A stretch of 64,000 bases of DNA from positions 83,922 through 147,921 of the IMG/VR virus record IMGVR_UViG_3300042868_003730; one strand, given 5' to 3'. Positions 20,600-29,930 of the stretch are shown piece by piece. The position numbers were made by a program, and so were the translations under genes. The DNA comes from a virus. The notes under the pieces are model-generated. The model saw only the letters and a program-made list of their open reading frames with translations. It was not told the origin of the DNA and did not search any database. Each line of letters opens with the position of its first letter. Positions within the stretch are counted from its first letter, which is position 1.

Positions 20600-23377
20600 A
20601 TGTTAAGTTTTAACGCAATTTCATCAAATGCAATATCTGCTATAGGCAGAGTATTTGATGTTGCGTTAAATGAAAATGCCGTCACTGCGTCATCTTTAGA
20701 AACTTCTGGTGTAGTAACGGCTAGGTCAATATCAGAAACAAGAGCTACATCTTCAGCAGAAACTGCTGGTGTTGTTGCCGCAAGATCAATAGCAGAAACA
20801 AGAGCTACATCTTCTACTGAAACTTCTGGTGTTGTTGCCGCAAGATCAATAGCAGAAACAAGAGCTACATCTTCGGCAGAAACTTCTGGCGTAATAACGG
20901 CTAGGTCAATATCAGAAACAAGAGCTACTGCATCAACAGAAACTGTTTTACTGACTGCTGGCGCAACCAGAGCTGACACTAACTCCACTACGTCAACAGA
21001 AACTTCTGGCGTAATAACGGCTAGGTCAATATCAGAAACAAGAGCTACATCTTCTACTGAAACCACCTTACTGACTGCTGGCGCAACAAGAGCTGACACT
21101 AACTCTACTACGTCAACAGAAACTTCTGGCGTAATAACGGCTAGGTCAATATCAGAAACAAGAGCTACATCTTCAGCAGAAACTGCTGGTGTTGTTACTT
21201 CTGCCTCAGTATCAGAATCTAACTCTACCGCTTCGTCAGAAACCACCTTACTGACTGCTGGCGCAACAAGAGCTGACACTAACTCTACTACGTCAACAGA
21301 AACTTCTGGCGTAATAACGGCTAGGTCAATATCTGAGTCAAACTCATCTGCATCAACAGAAACTACCTTACTGACTGCTGGCGGAACAGTATCAGAAACT
21401 CGTTCTACTGCTTCCACAGAAACCACTACATTAACGGCTGGTGGAACAGTATCCGAAACAAGAGCTACTGCGTCAACAGAAACTGCTGGTGTCGTAACTT
21501 CTGCTACATTATCCGAATCAAGAGCTACTGCATCAACAGAAACTGCCGCATTAACGGCTGGTGCCAGCATAGCAGAATCAAGAGCTACTGCTTCGTCAGA
21601 AACTGCTGGTGTTGTTACTTCTGCATCAGTATCCGAAACAAGAGCTACTGCTTCCACAGAAACCACTACATTAACAGCTGGTGGTTCAGTAACAGAAACT
21701 CGTTCTACTGCTTCCACAGAAACCACTACATTAACGGCTGGTGGAACAGTATCCGAAACAAGAGCTACTGCTTCCACAGAAACCACTACATTAACGGCTG
21801 GTGGAACAGTATCCGAAACAAGAGCTACATCTTCTACTGAAACCACTACATTAACAGCTGGTGGTTCAGTAACAGAAACAAGAGCTACATCTTCTACTGA
21901 AACCACTACATTAGTAGCTGGTGGAACTTTATCTGATACTAACTCTACTGCTTCCACAGAAACCACTACATTAACAGCTGGTGGAACTTTATCTGATACT
22001 AACTCTACTGCTTCGTCAGAAACCACTACATTAACAGCTGGTGGTTCAGTAACAGAAACTCGTTCTACTGCTTCCACAGAAACCTCTGGTGTAATTACAA
22101 CTACATCGAGAGCAGAAACAACTGCCAGTTCGTCATCAGAAAATAGAACATTAGTAGCTGGTGCAACTAGATCTGATACTAACTCTACTGCAACTACAGA
22201 AGCCTCTGGTGTAATTACAACTACATCAAGAGCAGAAACAGTAGCGGCGACATCGTCAGAAAACACTTTAATAATAGATTTTGAACCAATAGCAGAAACA
22301 ACTGCTACTGCATCAACAGAAACTGTTTTACTGACTGCTGGCGCAACCAGAGCTGACACTAACTCCACTTCGTCAACAGAAGTTTCTGTTGCGTCTTTAG
22401 TTGCTTCTGTAACTGACTCAACTAGTACTTCTGAGTCATCCGCTGCGTTTGTTAGTAATTTCCAGGCTATCATCAATTGCGCAGCAACGGTAACCGCGCT
22501 GTTAGATTTAGATGGAAACACAGAAGGTTCTCCTGCCGGAAATGCTGCTCCTGGATTCACTCCACTATCTAGCGTCGTTCTTGCTCAGCACATTGAATCT
22601 GCCCCAGCCGCGACCTATACAATAACAGCTGACTTTGATCCATTATTAGAGACTGAGATTACATCGGTGTTCTTCAATGATAATCCAGCAAATGTTCTTT
22701 CGTATTCTATCATTGGACCAGATGTGTTTATTACTGCAAATACACCAGCAGAGGTGTACGCACAGGCATCTACGTTTATGGTAAACAGAAAAGTTGTTCC
22801 ACAGTTTAATGAATTCTTTAATTATAATGTTAGATTCAATACTACAGTCAAGAGAGATAGCGCAGGAAACAATTTCTATTCAAATAAATTCTACTCCGAG
22901 CAAAATGTAATCTGTTTCCTACAGGATGATGGCACTGGACTAATTGATCTTTATGAAGAGATTACTCCTGGAACTACGAAGAAACTAAAGACAATTGGTA
23001 AAATAGACTATACCACTGGGTTCGTAGAGGTTCGCGGATTAATGATTACATCTCTTTACGATCTTGAGTTGTTCTTCTTCGTAGAATCCCTCGACGCGAT
23101 CATCCCTACGAAGGATTACTTCACTGCACAGAATAATCTCTTAGTGGACAGTAAGACCATAACTTTCCCTACTGGAGAACAGGTTGAGATTAGCCAGTAT
23201 GAGAAACAAACAGATATCGTTGATCTGGAGATTTATGTAACAGCCAGATCTTATGCATTGGGCAGTCCATTGACTACAGTTGAAACAAGAACAGCAACAT
23301 ATGTTCTTAGAATTGTTCCGGATTATAATATCGGTAAGAATGCCATCAAACAACTGGTCTTAGAACAAGCAGCATAA
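20600..23377 (+). CDS. Ser/Thr/Ala-rich 20-aa repeat virion protein with non-repetitive C-terminal domain
   Basis: 925 aa. N-terminal MLSFNAISSNAIS, about 29 tandem 20-aa units, then roughly 310 aa of globular sequence. Confidence 0.7.
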   Translation: MLSFNAISSNAISAIGRVFDVALNENAVTASSLETSGVVTARSISETRATSSAETAGVVAARSIAETRATSSTETSGVVAARSIAETRATSSAETSGVITARSISETRATASTETVLLTAGATRADTNSTTSTETSGVITARSISETRATSSTETTLLTAGATRADTNSTTSTETSGVITARSISETRATSSAETAGVVTSASVSESNSTASSETTLLTAGATRADTNSTTSTETSGVITARSISESNSSASTETTLLTAGGTVSETRSTASTETTTLTAGGTVSETRATASTETAGVVTSATLSESRATASTETAALTAGASIAESRATASSETAGVVTSASVSETRATASTETTTLTAGGSVTETRSTASTETTTLTAGGTVSETRATASTETTTLTAGGTVSETRATSSTETTTLTAGGSVTETRATSSTETTTLVAGGTLSDTNSTASTETTTLTAGGTLSDTNSTASSETTTLTAGGSVTETRSTASTETSGVITTTSRAETTASSSSENRTLVAGATRSDTNSTATTEASGVITTTSRAETVAATSSENTLIIDFEPIAETTATASTETVLLTAGATRADTNSTSSTEVSVASLVASVTDSTSTSESSAAFVSNFQAIINCAATVTALLDLDGNTEGSPAGNAAPGFTPLSSVVLAQHIESAPAATYTITADFDPLLETEITSVFFNDNPANVLSYSIIGPDVFITANTPAEVYAQASTFMVNRKVVPQFNEFFNYNVRFNTTVKRDSAGNNFYSNKFYSEQNVICFLQDDGTGLIDLYEEITPGTTKKLKTIGKIDYTTGFVEVRGLMITSLYDLELFFFVESLDAIIPTKDYFTAQNNLLVDSKTITFPTGEQVEISQYEKQTDIVDLEIYVTARSYALGSPLTTVETRTATYVLRIVPDYNIGKNAIKQLVLEQAA
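20681..22440 (+). repeat. 60-bp tandem repeat array (about 29 units)
   Basis: Units align column-wise in the 60-nt lines (AAC...GCTGG...AGAAACAAGAGCTAC...CAGA), with several recombined subtypes. Confidence 0.9.
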
Positions 23378-23381
23378 CACG

Positions 23382-23388
23382 CTAAATA
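23382..23388 (+). promoter_or_regulatory. Late promoter CTAAATA
   Basis: Upstream of gp13. Confidence 0.65.
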
Positions 23389-23410
23389 CAAGATAATTAT
23401 AGGGGCTACT

Positions 23411-24157
23411 ATGGCAGTAACTAATCGCGAAGGTCTAAAGAATTACGCACTAAGGGCACTTGGTGCTCCACTAATCACAATTGATATTGCTGATGAACAG
23501 GCAGAAGATCGGATTGATGAAGCACTGGCATTCTTTCGCGAATACTACTTTGATGGTATCGAGAAAGTTTACTACAAGCATGAAGTAACTGAACAAAACG
23601 TAACGAATCAATATATCGCGCTTCCGGATACAATCTGGAGTGTTAACCGTATTTTCCCATACCCAACTAGCAGTGGCTCTAGTTCTGTTAATATCTTTGA
23701 CCTGCAATATCAGTTGAGAATGAATGACCTGAAAGATTTGACCAGCACAAGTCTAATCTATTACCAACAGGCTATGAGTCACATTGCTCTAATTGATAAC
23801 CTGCTTAATGTACAGAAGCAGTTTAGATTTAATAAACTAAATGGCAAACTATATATTGATCAGAACTGGGGTATCGCTGGATTGACAGCTGGTCAATACC
23901 TTCTGTTTGATGTGTATACTGCCTTAGACCCAAGTGCTAGTCCTAAACTTTGGGATGATCGTTTATTCAAAGAATATAACATTGCTCTGTTTAAGAAACA
24001 ATGGGGCACCAATGTCAAGAAGTATCAGGGTATTCAATTACCTGGTGGGGTGACTATTGATGGCCAGTCACTGTACGAAGAAGGCAAGGCTGAGCAGGCT
24101 GACATTGAAGATAAGATTATGAGTCAGTTGTCGCCACTAGAATTCTTTATGGGCTAA
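23411..24157 (+). CDS. 13: Neck protein gp13
   Basis: LKNYALRALGAPLITIDI...QWGTNVKKYQGIQLPGGVTIDG. Gene order 13-14-15. Confidence 0.9.
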   Translation: MAVTNREGLKNYALRALGAPLITIDIADEQAEDRIDEALAFFREYYFDGIEKVYYKHEVTEQNVTNQYIALPDTIWSVNRIFPYPTSSGSSSVNIFDLQYQLRMNDLKDLTSTSLIYYQQAMSHIALIDNLLNVQKQFRFNKLNGKLYIDQNWGIAGLTAGQYLLFDVYTALDPSASPKLWDDRLFKEYNIALFKKQWGTNVKKYQGIQLPGGVTIDGQSLYEEGKAEQADIEDKIMSQLSPLEFFMG

Positions 24158-24169
24158 ACCTCATAGTCA

Positions 24170-24212
24170 CAGTTGAATTATACCCCTTAAATCCAACTCA
24201 TAAAATAAACTT
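24170..24212 (-). promoter_or_regulatory. Minus-strand sigma70-like promoter, antisense to gp13
   Basis: On the - strand: TTTATT-TTTATG(-35)-16 bp-TATAAT (GGTATAAT). Flanks are identical to the copy at 41888-41930. Confidence 0.55.
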
Positions 24213-24863
24213 ATGACTTTACGTCTGCATAACTCCGTATATGGGAATGAGAATCTGTTGATCGAATCTATGATCACGGAAGCCATCAATATGCATGGCG
24301 TGGATTTTATGTACATCCCACGAAGTTTCGTCGGTAAAGAAGATCTGTATGGTGAAGATAGGCTTAGTCGTTTTAATAATGCGTATCCTATCGTTATGTA
24401 TATGGAGAACAGTGATGGTGGCTTCCAAGGACAGGGAGCATTCGCCTCGAAGTTTGGTTTGATGATGGAACAGTCTGCCACTCTAACTGTGGCAAGAAGA
24501 ACTTGGGTTCAGGCAGTTGGTCGCTATGGTGAAACGATTCTGCCCCAAAGACCAGCTGAAGGTGATTTACTATACTTTCCGATGACAGGTGGATTGTTTG
24601 AGATTATGTTTGTTCAGCACCAAGATGCATTCTATCAGTTAGGTCAGTTGTATACTTACAAACTGACAGTAGAACTGTTCCGATACAGCAGCGAAATTAT
24701 GGAAACTGGTGTTACTGATATCGATGCGTTTATGGAAAATAAGAGTACTGACGTAACTCTTAATGAACCAGAGAAACCAGATTCCTTCGGTGATAATAGT
24801 CTGTTACGTCAAAAGGCAGATGCTTTCGTGTTTGACGTCAATAATCCATTCGGGGAACTTTGA
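24213..24863 (+). CDS. 14: Neck protein gp14
   Basis: EAINMHGVDFMYIPR...SKFG...RPAEGDLLYFP...FYQLG...NNPFGE. Confidence 0.9.
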   Translation: MTLRLHNSVYGNENLLIESMITEAINMHGVDFMYIPRSFVGKEDLYGEDRLSRFNNAYPIVMYMENSDGGFQGQGAFASKFGLMMEQSATLTVARRTWVQAVGRYGETILPQRPAEGDLLYFPMTGGLFEIMFVQHQDAFYQLGQLYTYKLTVELFRYSSEIMETGVTDIDAFMENKSTDVTLNEPEKPDSFGDNSLLRQKADAFVFDVNNPFGEL

Positions 24864-25699
24864 TGTTTTCGACTCCATACTATCATGAACTCATCAAAAA
24901 GACCACTATTGGATTTGGTGCTCTTTTCAGTCAGATTAAAGTAATCCGTAGGAATCCTGCTTCTGGTGCTCAGGCGCAGGTAATCTCTGTACCTATTGCC
25001 TTTGGTCCAAAGGAAAAGATTCTTACAAGACTGGATCAAGATCCATCCTTAACTGGTCATACTTATATCACTCTTCCGAGAATGGCATTTGAGATTACAG
25101 GTTATAACTATGACACCAGTAGAATGGTCAATAGGAATAACAAAATCCAATGTTATAAAGACCAAACTCTATCGGCGATATATTCTCCTGTTCCGTATAA
25201 CATTGAATTCTCATTGTATGTTCTAACTAAGGGAACAGAGGATGGTCTGGCTATTATTGAGCAGATCCTACCATTGTTTACTCCTGAGTATTCATTTACA
25301 GTAAATGCTATTCCTGAGATGAATATCTCACAGGATATTCCAGTTGTGTTAAATGGTATTTCTGTGTCAGATGATTATGAAGGTGACTTTGCTACTAGGC
25401 GTCTTGTTACACACACACTTAATTTCACTGCAAAAATAAATCTCTTTGGTGATCTCAAGACTTCTGGTGTTATTACGAGGGTTGATGCTGATATTAAGAA
25501 ATTCGAGAATTATACTGCGACGATGGATGATGAAGGGAACATTGTTGTTGATGTATGGAATATGACGTCAAGAGAATCAATGCAAAATTCATTGGCAGCA
25601 TCCACATCAACTTCTGCAACTACTTCTGGCGCAGCAACAAAAGCAGATTACACTCCATTGGCAGCAAACATCACTGTCTCGGCAACTGCTACTGCTTAA
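24863..25699 (+). CDS. 15: Tail sheath stabiliser/terminator gp15 with S/T/A-rich C-terminal extension
   Basis: YYHELIKK...FGALFSQI...VPIAFGPKEK...LPRMAFEI...EQILPLFTP...DDYEGDF. Confidence 0.9.
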   Translation: MFSTPYYHELIKKTTIGFGALFSQIKVIRRNPASGAQAQVISVPIAFGPKEKILTRLDQDPSLTGHTYITLPRMAFEITGYNYDTSRMVNRNNKIQCYKDQTLSAIYSPVPYNIEFSLYVLTKGTEDGLAIIEQILPLFTPEYSFTVNAIPEMNISQDIPVVLNGISVSDDYEGDFATRRLVTHTLNFTAKINLFGDLKTSGVITRVDADIKKFENYTATMDDEGNIVVDVWNMTSRESMQNSLAASTSTSATTSGAATKADYTPLAANITVSATATA

Positions 25700-27288
25700 T
25701 GGCAACTGTCTTTTATCAGGCGAACCCGAATCTTAAGAATGTCGGAGTTCCAATTGAATATACTACTGAGCAGGTAGAAGAATACATCAAGTGTAAACTA
25801 GACCCTATCTATTTCATCAAGAAATATATTAAGATCATCTCTCTTGACCTTGGTCTGATAAATTTCGATTTGTATGATTATCAGATTCGATTCATAAATC
25901 AAATTCACGATAGTCGCCGAGTGCTTGGTATGTTTCCGCGCCAGCACGGAAAGACGACCACAGTAGCTGCCTACCTCTGCTGGTATCTGTTATTCAATGA
26001 CAGTAAGACCGTCGCTATCCTTGCCAATAAGGCAGCAGCAGCTCGAGAAATTATGTCTCGTCTTCAGTTGATGTATGAGTATATTCCGAAGTGGCTACAA
26101 CAAGGCGTGGCTGAATGGAACAAAGGATCGATCTCACTGGAGAATAACAGCAAGGCATTTACTGCTGCTACCAGCTCTAGTGGTATTCGTGGTAAATCCG
26201 TAAACTTTCTTTATGTTGACGAAGCAGCCATTATCCCGAATACAGTGGCTGATGAATTCTTTACTGCGACTTACCCAACAATTTCTGCTGGTGAGACAAC
26301 TAAGATTGTTCTGACATCAACTCCACTTGGATTGAATCACTTCTGGAAATTCTGGACAGAGGCGGTGTCGAAGATTAATGGATTTATTCCAGTAAGAGTT
26401 GAATACTGGGAACATCCCGACCATGACGATGCTTGGGCTGCTCAACAGAAACAACTTCTTGGTGATTTGAAATACCGTCAGGAGATTCTGATGGATTTCC
26501 TTGGATCAGCTGCTACTTTGATTGATCCAGCAGCTATCCAAAGAATGGCAGTTGAAGCGACAATATATAACCAAAATGGTATGTTGGTTTATGATAGACC
26601 AGAAAAGAATAAAGCGAGTTATGTTATCACAGTTGATACTGCAAGTGGAGTTGGTGGTGATGCAAGTGCATTCTCTGTGGTTCGCATTGATATACTGCCA
26701 TATAAAGTAGTAGCGAGATATAAGAATAATACGATCTCACCATTGTTATATCCATCATTGATCCATAGGTGGGCAAAAGAATATAACGATGCCTGGGTTT
26801 TAATTGAACTAAATAAGAATGAGCAAGTCCCATACATCTTACAGAATGAGTTGGAGTATGAAAATATTGTTTATGTAAATCGAGGTGCTAAGGGTCAGAC
26901 TGTTACTGGTGGTTTCGGCGGCGGAAAGACCCAATTGGGTGTTGTGACTGATAAGAAAACCAAGAGAATTGGTTGTTCTATGTTTAAGACATTGGTCGAA
27001 GAACATAAACTGATTATTCCTGACGCAGATATTATAAGTGAGATATCTACGTTTATTGAGCAGAGAGGCAGTTATGCTGCTGATGATGGAAAGAATGATG
27101 ATCTTGTAATGACTCTAGTTTTATTTGGATGGTTGACCAGCCAATCATTCTTCAAAGAACTCACTGATATTGATTTGAGAAAAGACATTTACGACGCTAG
27201 AATTAGACAAATTGACGAAGAGACATTACCTGCTGGGTTTTTCGTTGATGGGTCTGAATCTGGTATAGAAGAAATTCTAAATTTTTGA
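25699..27288 (+). CDS. 17: Terminase large subunit gp17
   Basis: ATG overlaps the gp15 stop (TAATG). Walker A PRQHGKTT, Walker B YVDEAA, nuclease DDLVM. Confidence 0.95.
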   Translation: MATVFYQANPNLKNVGVPIEYTTEQVEEYIKCKLDPIYFIKKYIKIISLDLGLINFDLYDYQIRFINQIHDSRRVLGMFPRQHGKTTTVAAYLCWYLLFNDSKTVAILANKAAAAREIMSRLQLMYEYIPKWLQQGVAEWNKGSISLENNSKAFTAATSSSGIRGKSVNFLYVDEAAIIPNTVADEFFTATYPTISAGETTKIVLTSTPLGLNHFWKFWTEAVSKINGFIPVRVEYWEHPDHDDAWAAQQKQLLGDLKYRQEILMDFLGSAATLIDPAAIQRMAVEATIYNQNGMLVYDRPEKNKASYVITVDTASGVGGDASAFSVVRIDILPYKVVARYKNNTISPLLYPSLIHRWAKEYNDAWVLIELNKNEQVPYILQNELEYENIVYVNRGAKGQTVTGGFGGGKTQLGVVTDKKTKRIGCSMFKTLVEEHKLIIPDADIISEISTFIEQRGSYAADDGKNDDLVMTLVLFGWLTSQSFFKELTDIDLRKDIYDARIRQIDEETLPAGFFVDGSESGIEEILNF

Positions 27289-27306
27289 GGCAAGCAAACG
27301 CATTTT

Positions 27307-27313
27307 CTAAATA
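27307..27313 (+). promoter_or_regulatory. Late promoter CTAAATA
   Basis: Upstream of gp18. Confidence 0.7.
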
Positions 27314-27364
27314 ATAAAGAGCTAAACCTCAACGAATTTGTAACAAATAAAAGAAGGAAATATA

Positions 27365-29317
27365 ATGGCGATTCAATTATCCCCGTCTGTAGTGGTTCAA
27401 GAACGAGATCTAACGAACGTAATTCCCGCAGTTTCTGCTTCTGCTGGCGCGACGGTCATTGATGCTGTCTGGGGTCCAGTACTAGAAGTAACGACTGTAG
27501 ACTCAGAAAACGCACTCGCAGCTCAGTTCGGTAAGCCAAATGCAGGTAATGCAGCCAGCTGGTTTACTGCAGCTAACTTCCTGTCGTACGCAGACAACCT
27601 TAAAGTTGTTCGTACTGATACCTCGGGTCAAAGAAATGCTGTTGCAGCTACAACCGGAACAGTTGATTCTTTCACTATTACGCCCGGAAGTGGTTATACG
27701 CTTGCTCCTACATTAGCCTTTGCTGCCCCTCCTGCTGGCGGAATTCAGGCTACTGCAGTTGCCGAAGTAACAGCTGGCGCCATTACTGCAGTCAGAATCA
27801 TTAATCCAGGTGCTGGTTATCTTTCTGCCCCTGCAGTGACACTTACAGTAGTTAGTGGCGGTGCGGGTGGTGCTGTTACTGCTATTCTGAATACGACTAG
27901 TGGTGTTAAATTAAATAACGAAACAGATTATGACTCTATTTATTCAGCTGGTGATAAGCCAGTTGGACAATGGGTAGCGAAATATCCAGGTCTTCTTGGC
28001 AACAGCCTTAAAGTCGTGATGGCTGATGCGTCACAATGGGCTGGTTGGGCTTCACTTGGGTATCAAAGTTATTTCTCAGCTGCTCCAGGAACAAGTACTT
28101 ATGCATCTTCACGCGGCGGTAGCGGTGATGAAATTCATATTATTGTTATTGATGAAGACGGAAGATTCACTGGAACACAGAATACCGTTCTTGAGACATA
28201 CGCTTTCCTTTCTAAAGCATCAGATGCGAAGAAGGAAGATGGATCGACTGCTTATTATAAAAATGCTATCAATACGCAATCCGCGTATATTTGGTGGGCC
28301 AATCACCCAGCAGGAATGACAGGTCCAAATTGGGGACTTTCTGCTGAGGGTCGATCATTCTCATCCCTTGCTAGTGCAAATTCGTTTTCATTAGCTGGTG
28401 GTTTAGATGATACCGCAAGCACAAATGCACAAGAAATTGCTGCTTTCAACTTGTTCGCTGATAGTGAATCGCTTGACGTTAACCTGCTTATGTGCGCCAA
28501 GGCTGACACGACTCTTGCTAACCACGTAATTCAAAATATTGCTGAAGTTAGAAAAGATTGCGTCGCTTTCGTTTCTCCACAGAACATTAACGGTGGTGAC
28601 CCTCTAATTGGGGATACTTCTGCTATTGCTGCTTCGATTATTGCTTACCGTAATGTCATCACTTCTAGCTCTTACGCTGTTATTGACTCTGGTTACAAGT
28701 ATCAATATGACCGTTACAATGACGAGTACCGTTGGGTTCCACTGAACGGCGACATTGCTGGTCTTTGCGCTCGCACGGACTTCACCAATGATCCTTGGTT
28801 CAGCCCAGCTGGTCTAAATCGTGGTCAGATTAAGAATGTTGTTAAGTTGGCATTCAACCCACGCAAGACTGATCGTGACAATCTTTACAATAATGGAGTC
28901 AACCCAGTAGCATCATTCCCAGGTCAAGGTGTTGTTCTGTTTGGTGATAAGACTGCATTGGCCAAACCAAGCGCATTCGATCGAATCAACGTTCGCCGTC
29001 TGTTCATTACGCTTGAGAAGGCAATCTCTACTGCTGCTAAGTATCAGTTGTTTGAGTTCAATGATGGATTTACTCGTGCTCAGTTCAAGAATATCGTTGA
29101 ACCTTTCCTGCGTGATGTTAAGGGGCGTCGTGGTATTACTGAATTCTTGGTTGTGTGTGATGACACTAACAACACTAGCGAAGTTATCGACACGAATCGC
29201 TTTGTTGCTGATATCTATATCAAGCCAGCGCGTAGCATCAACTTCATCCAGTTGAATTTCATCGCGACGCGCACTGGTGCATCTTTCAATGAAATCGCTG
29301 GCGGTTCAGCTGCTTAA
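27365..29317 (+). CDS. 18: Tail sheath protein gp18
   Basis: QLSPSVVVQERDLT...PWFSPAGLNRGQI...FDRINVRRLF...FEFND.FTR...IKPARSINFI. Confidence 0.95.
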   Translation: MAIQLSPSVVVQERDLTNVIPAVSASAGATVIDAVWGPVLEVTTVDSENALAAQFGKPNAGNAASWFTAANFLSYADNLKVVRTDTSGQRNAVAATTGTVDSFTITPGSGYTLAPTLAFAAPPAGGIQATAVAEVTAGAITAVRIINPGAGYLSAPAVTLTVVSGGAGGAVTAILNTTSGVKLNNETDYDSIYSAGDKPVGQWVAKYPGLLGNSLKVVMADASQWAGWASLGYQSYFSAAPGTSTYASSRGGSGDEIHIIVIDEDGRFTGTQNTVLETYAFLSKASDAKKEDGSTAYYKNAINTQSAYIWWANHPAGMTGPNWGLSAEGRSFSSLASANSFSLAGGLDDTASTNAQEIAAFNLFADSESLDVNLLMCAKADTTLANHVIQNIAEVRKDCVAFVSPQNINGGDPLIGDTSAIAASIIAYRNVITSSSYAVIDSGYKYQYDRYNDEYRWVPLNGDIAGLCARTDFTNDPWFSPAGLNRGQIKNVVKLAFNPRKTDRDNLYNNGVNPVASFPGQGVVLFGDKTALAKPSAFDRINVRRLFITLEKAISTAAKYQLFEFNDGFTRAQFKNIVEPFLRDVKGRRGITEFLVVCDDTNNTSEVIDTNRFVADIYIKPARSINFIQLNFIATRTGASFNEIAGGSAA

Positions 29318-29342
29318 TTTACAGGGGGAGTAAAATCCCCCT

Positions 29343-29349
29343 CTAAATA
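29343..29349 (+). promoter_or_regulatory. Late promoter CTAAATA, preceded by hairpin AGGGGGA-GTAAAA-TCCCCCT
   Basis: Intergenic between gp18 and gp19. Confidence 0.7.
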
Positions 29350-29375
29350 ACTTATTAGAATAAAGGAAACATATC

Positions 29376-29915
29376 GTGGCAGATATCTCGCAATTTAAAG
29401 CCCAGATGATTCAAGGCGGAGCACGTGCTAACCAGTTCCGCGTTGAAATCACATTCCCAACTTTTGTGCAGAATGGTGGTCTGGCTGGTCAGAAACTACA
29501 GTTCTTAGCAAAATCATCGACTCTTCCGCAATCTTCTGTGTCAGATGTTGCTGTTATGTATCGTGGTCGCCCAGTGCACTTTGCAGGTGAACGCGAATTC
29601 CAGCCTTGGGGCATCGAAGTATACAATGATAACGACTTCGTTATCCGAAATGCATTCGAGGCATGGATTGATAGCATCCAGAACGCAGAAAACACAAATG
29701 GTATTCAACAACCTGGTCTGTATCAAGTAGACATGAGCGTAATCCAATTGGATCGTTCAGACCGTGAAGTTAAGCGCTACAGATTCGTTGATGCATATCC
29801 AACAGAAGTTGGCTCTATTGCTCTTGATTGGGAAACCAACAATCAGATCGAAGTTTTCCCAGTGACTTTCCAGTATAATTATTTTACAAGCCCAACGTCC
29901 CAGGGCGTTCTATAA
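29376..29915 (+). CDS. 19: Tail tube protein gp19
   Basis: GGARANQFRV...YRGRPVHFAGEREFQPW...IEVFPVTFQYNY. Confidence 0.95.
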   Translation: MADISQFKAQMIQGGARANQFRVEITFPTFVQNGGLAGQKLQFLAKSSTLPQSSVSDVAVMYRGRPVHFAGEREFQPWGIEVYNDNDFVIRNAFEAWIDSIQNAENTNGIQQPGLYQVDMSVIQLDRSDREVKRYRFVDAYPTEVGSIALDWETNNQIEVFPVTFQYNYFTSPTSQGVL

Positions 29916-29930
29916 TTTATTGGTTGATTC

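Noticed and set aside
20681-22440. CRISPR or DGR interpretation of the 60-bp array
   Set aside because: In-frame coding repeats without unique spacers. No reverse transcriptase and no adenine-specific variation.
20596-22560. 654-aa minus-strand ORF
   Set aside because: Shadow of the S/T/A 60-bp repeat gene. The repeat's codon bias removes antisense stops, and there is no RBS or promoter.
25555-25698. Track start of gp17 at 25555
   Set aside because: Would overlap gp15 by 145 nt. The ATG at 25699, coupled to the gp15 stop, fits the gp17 N-terminus.
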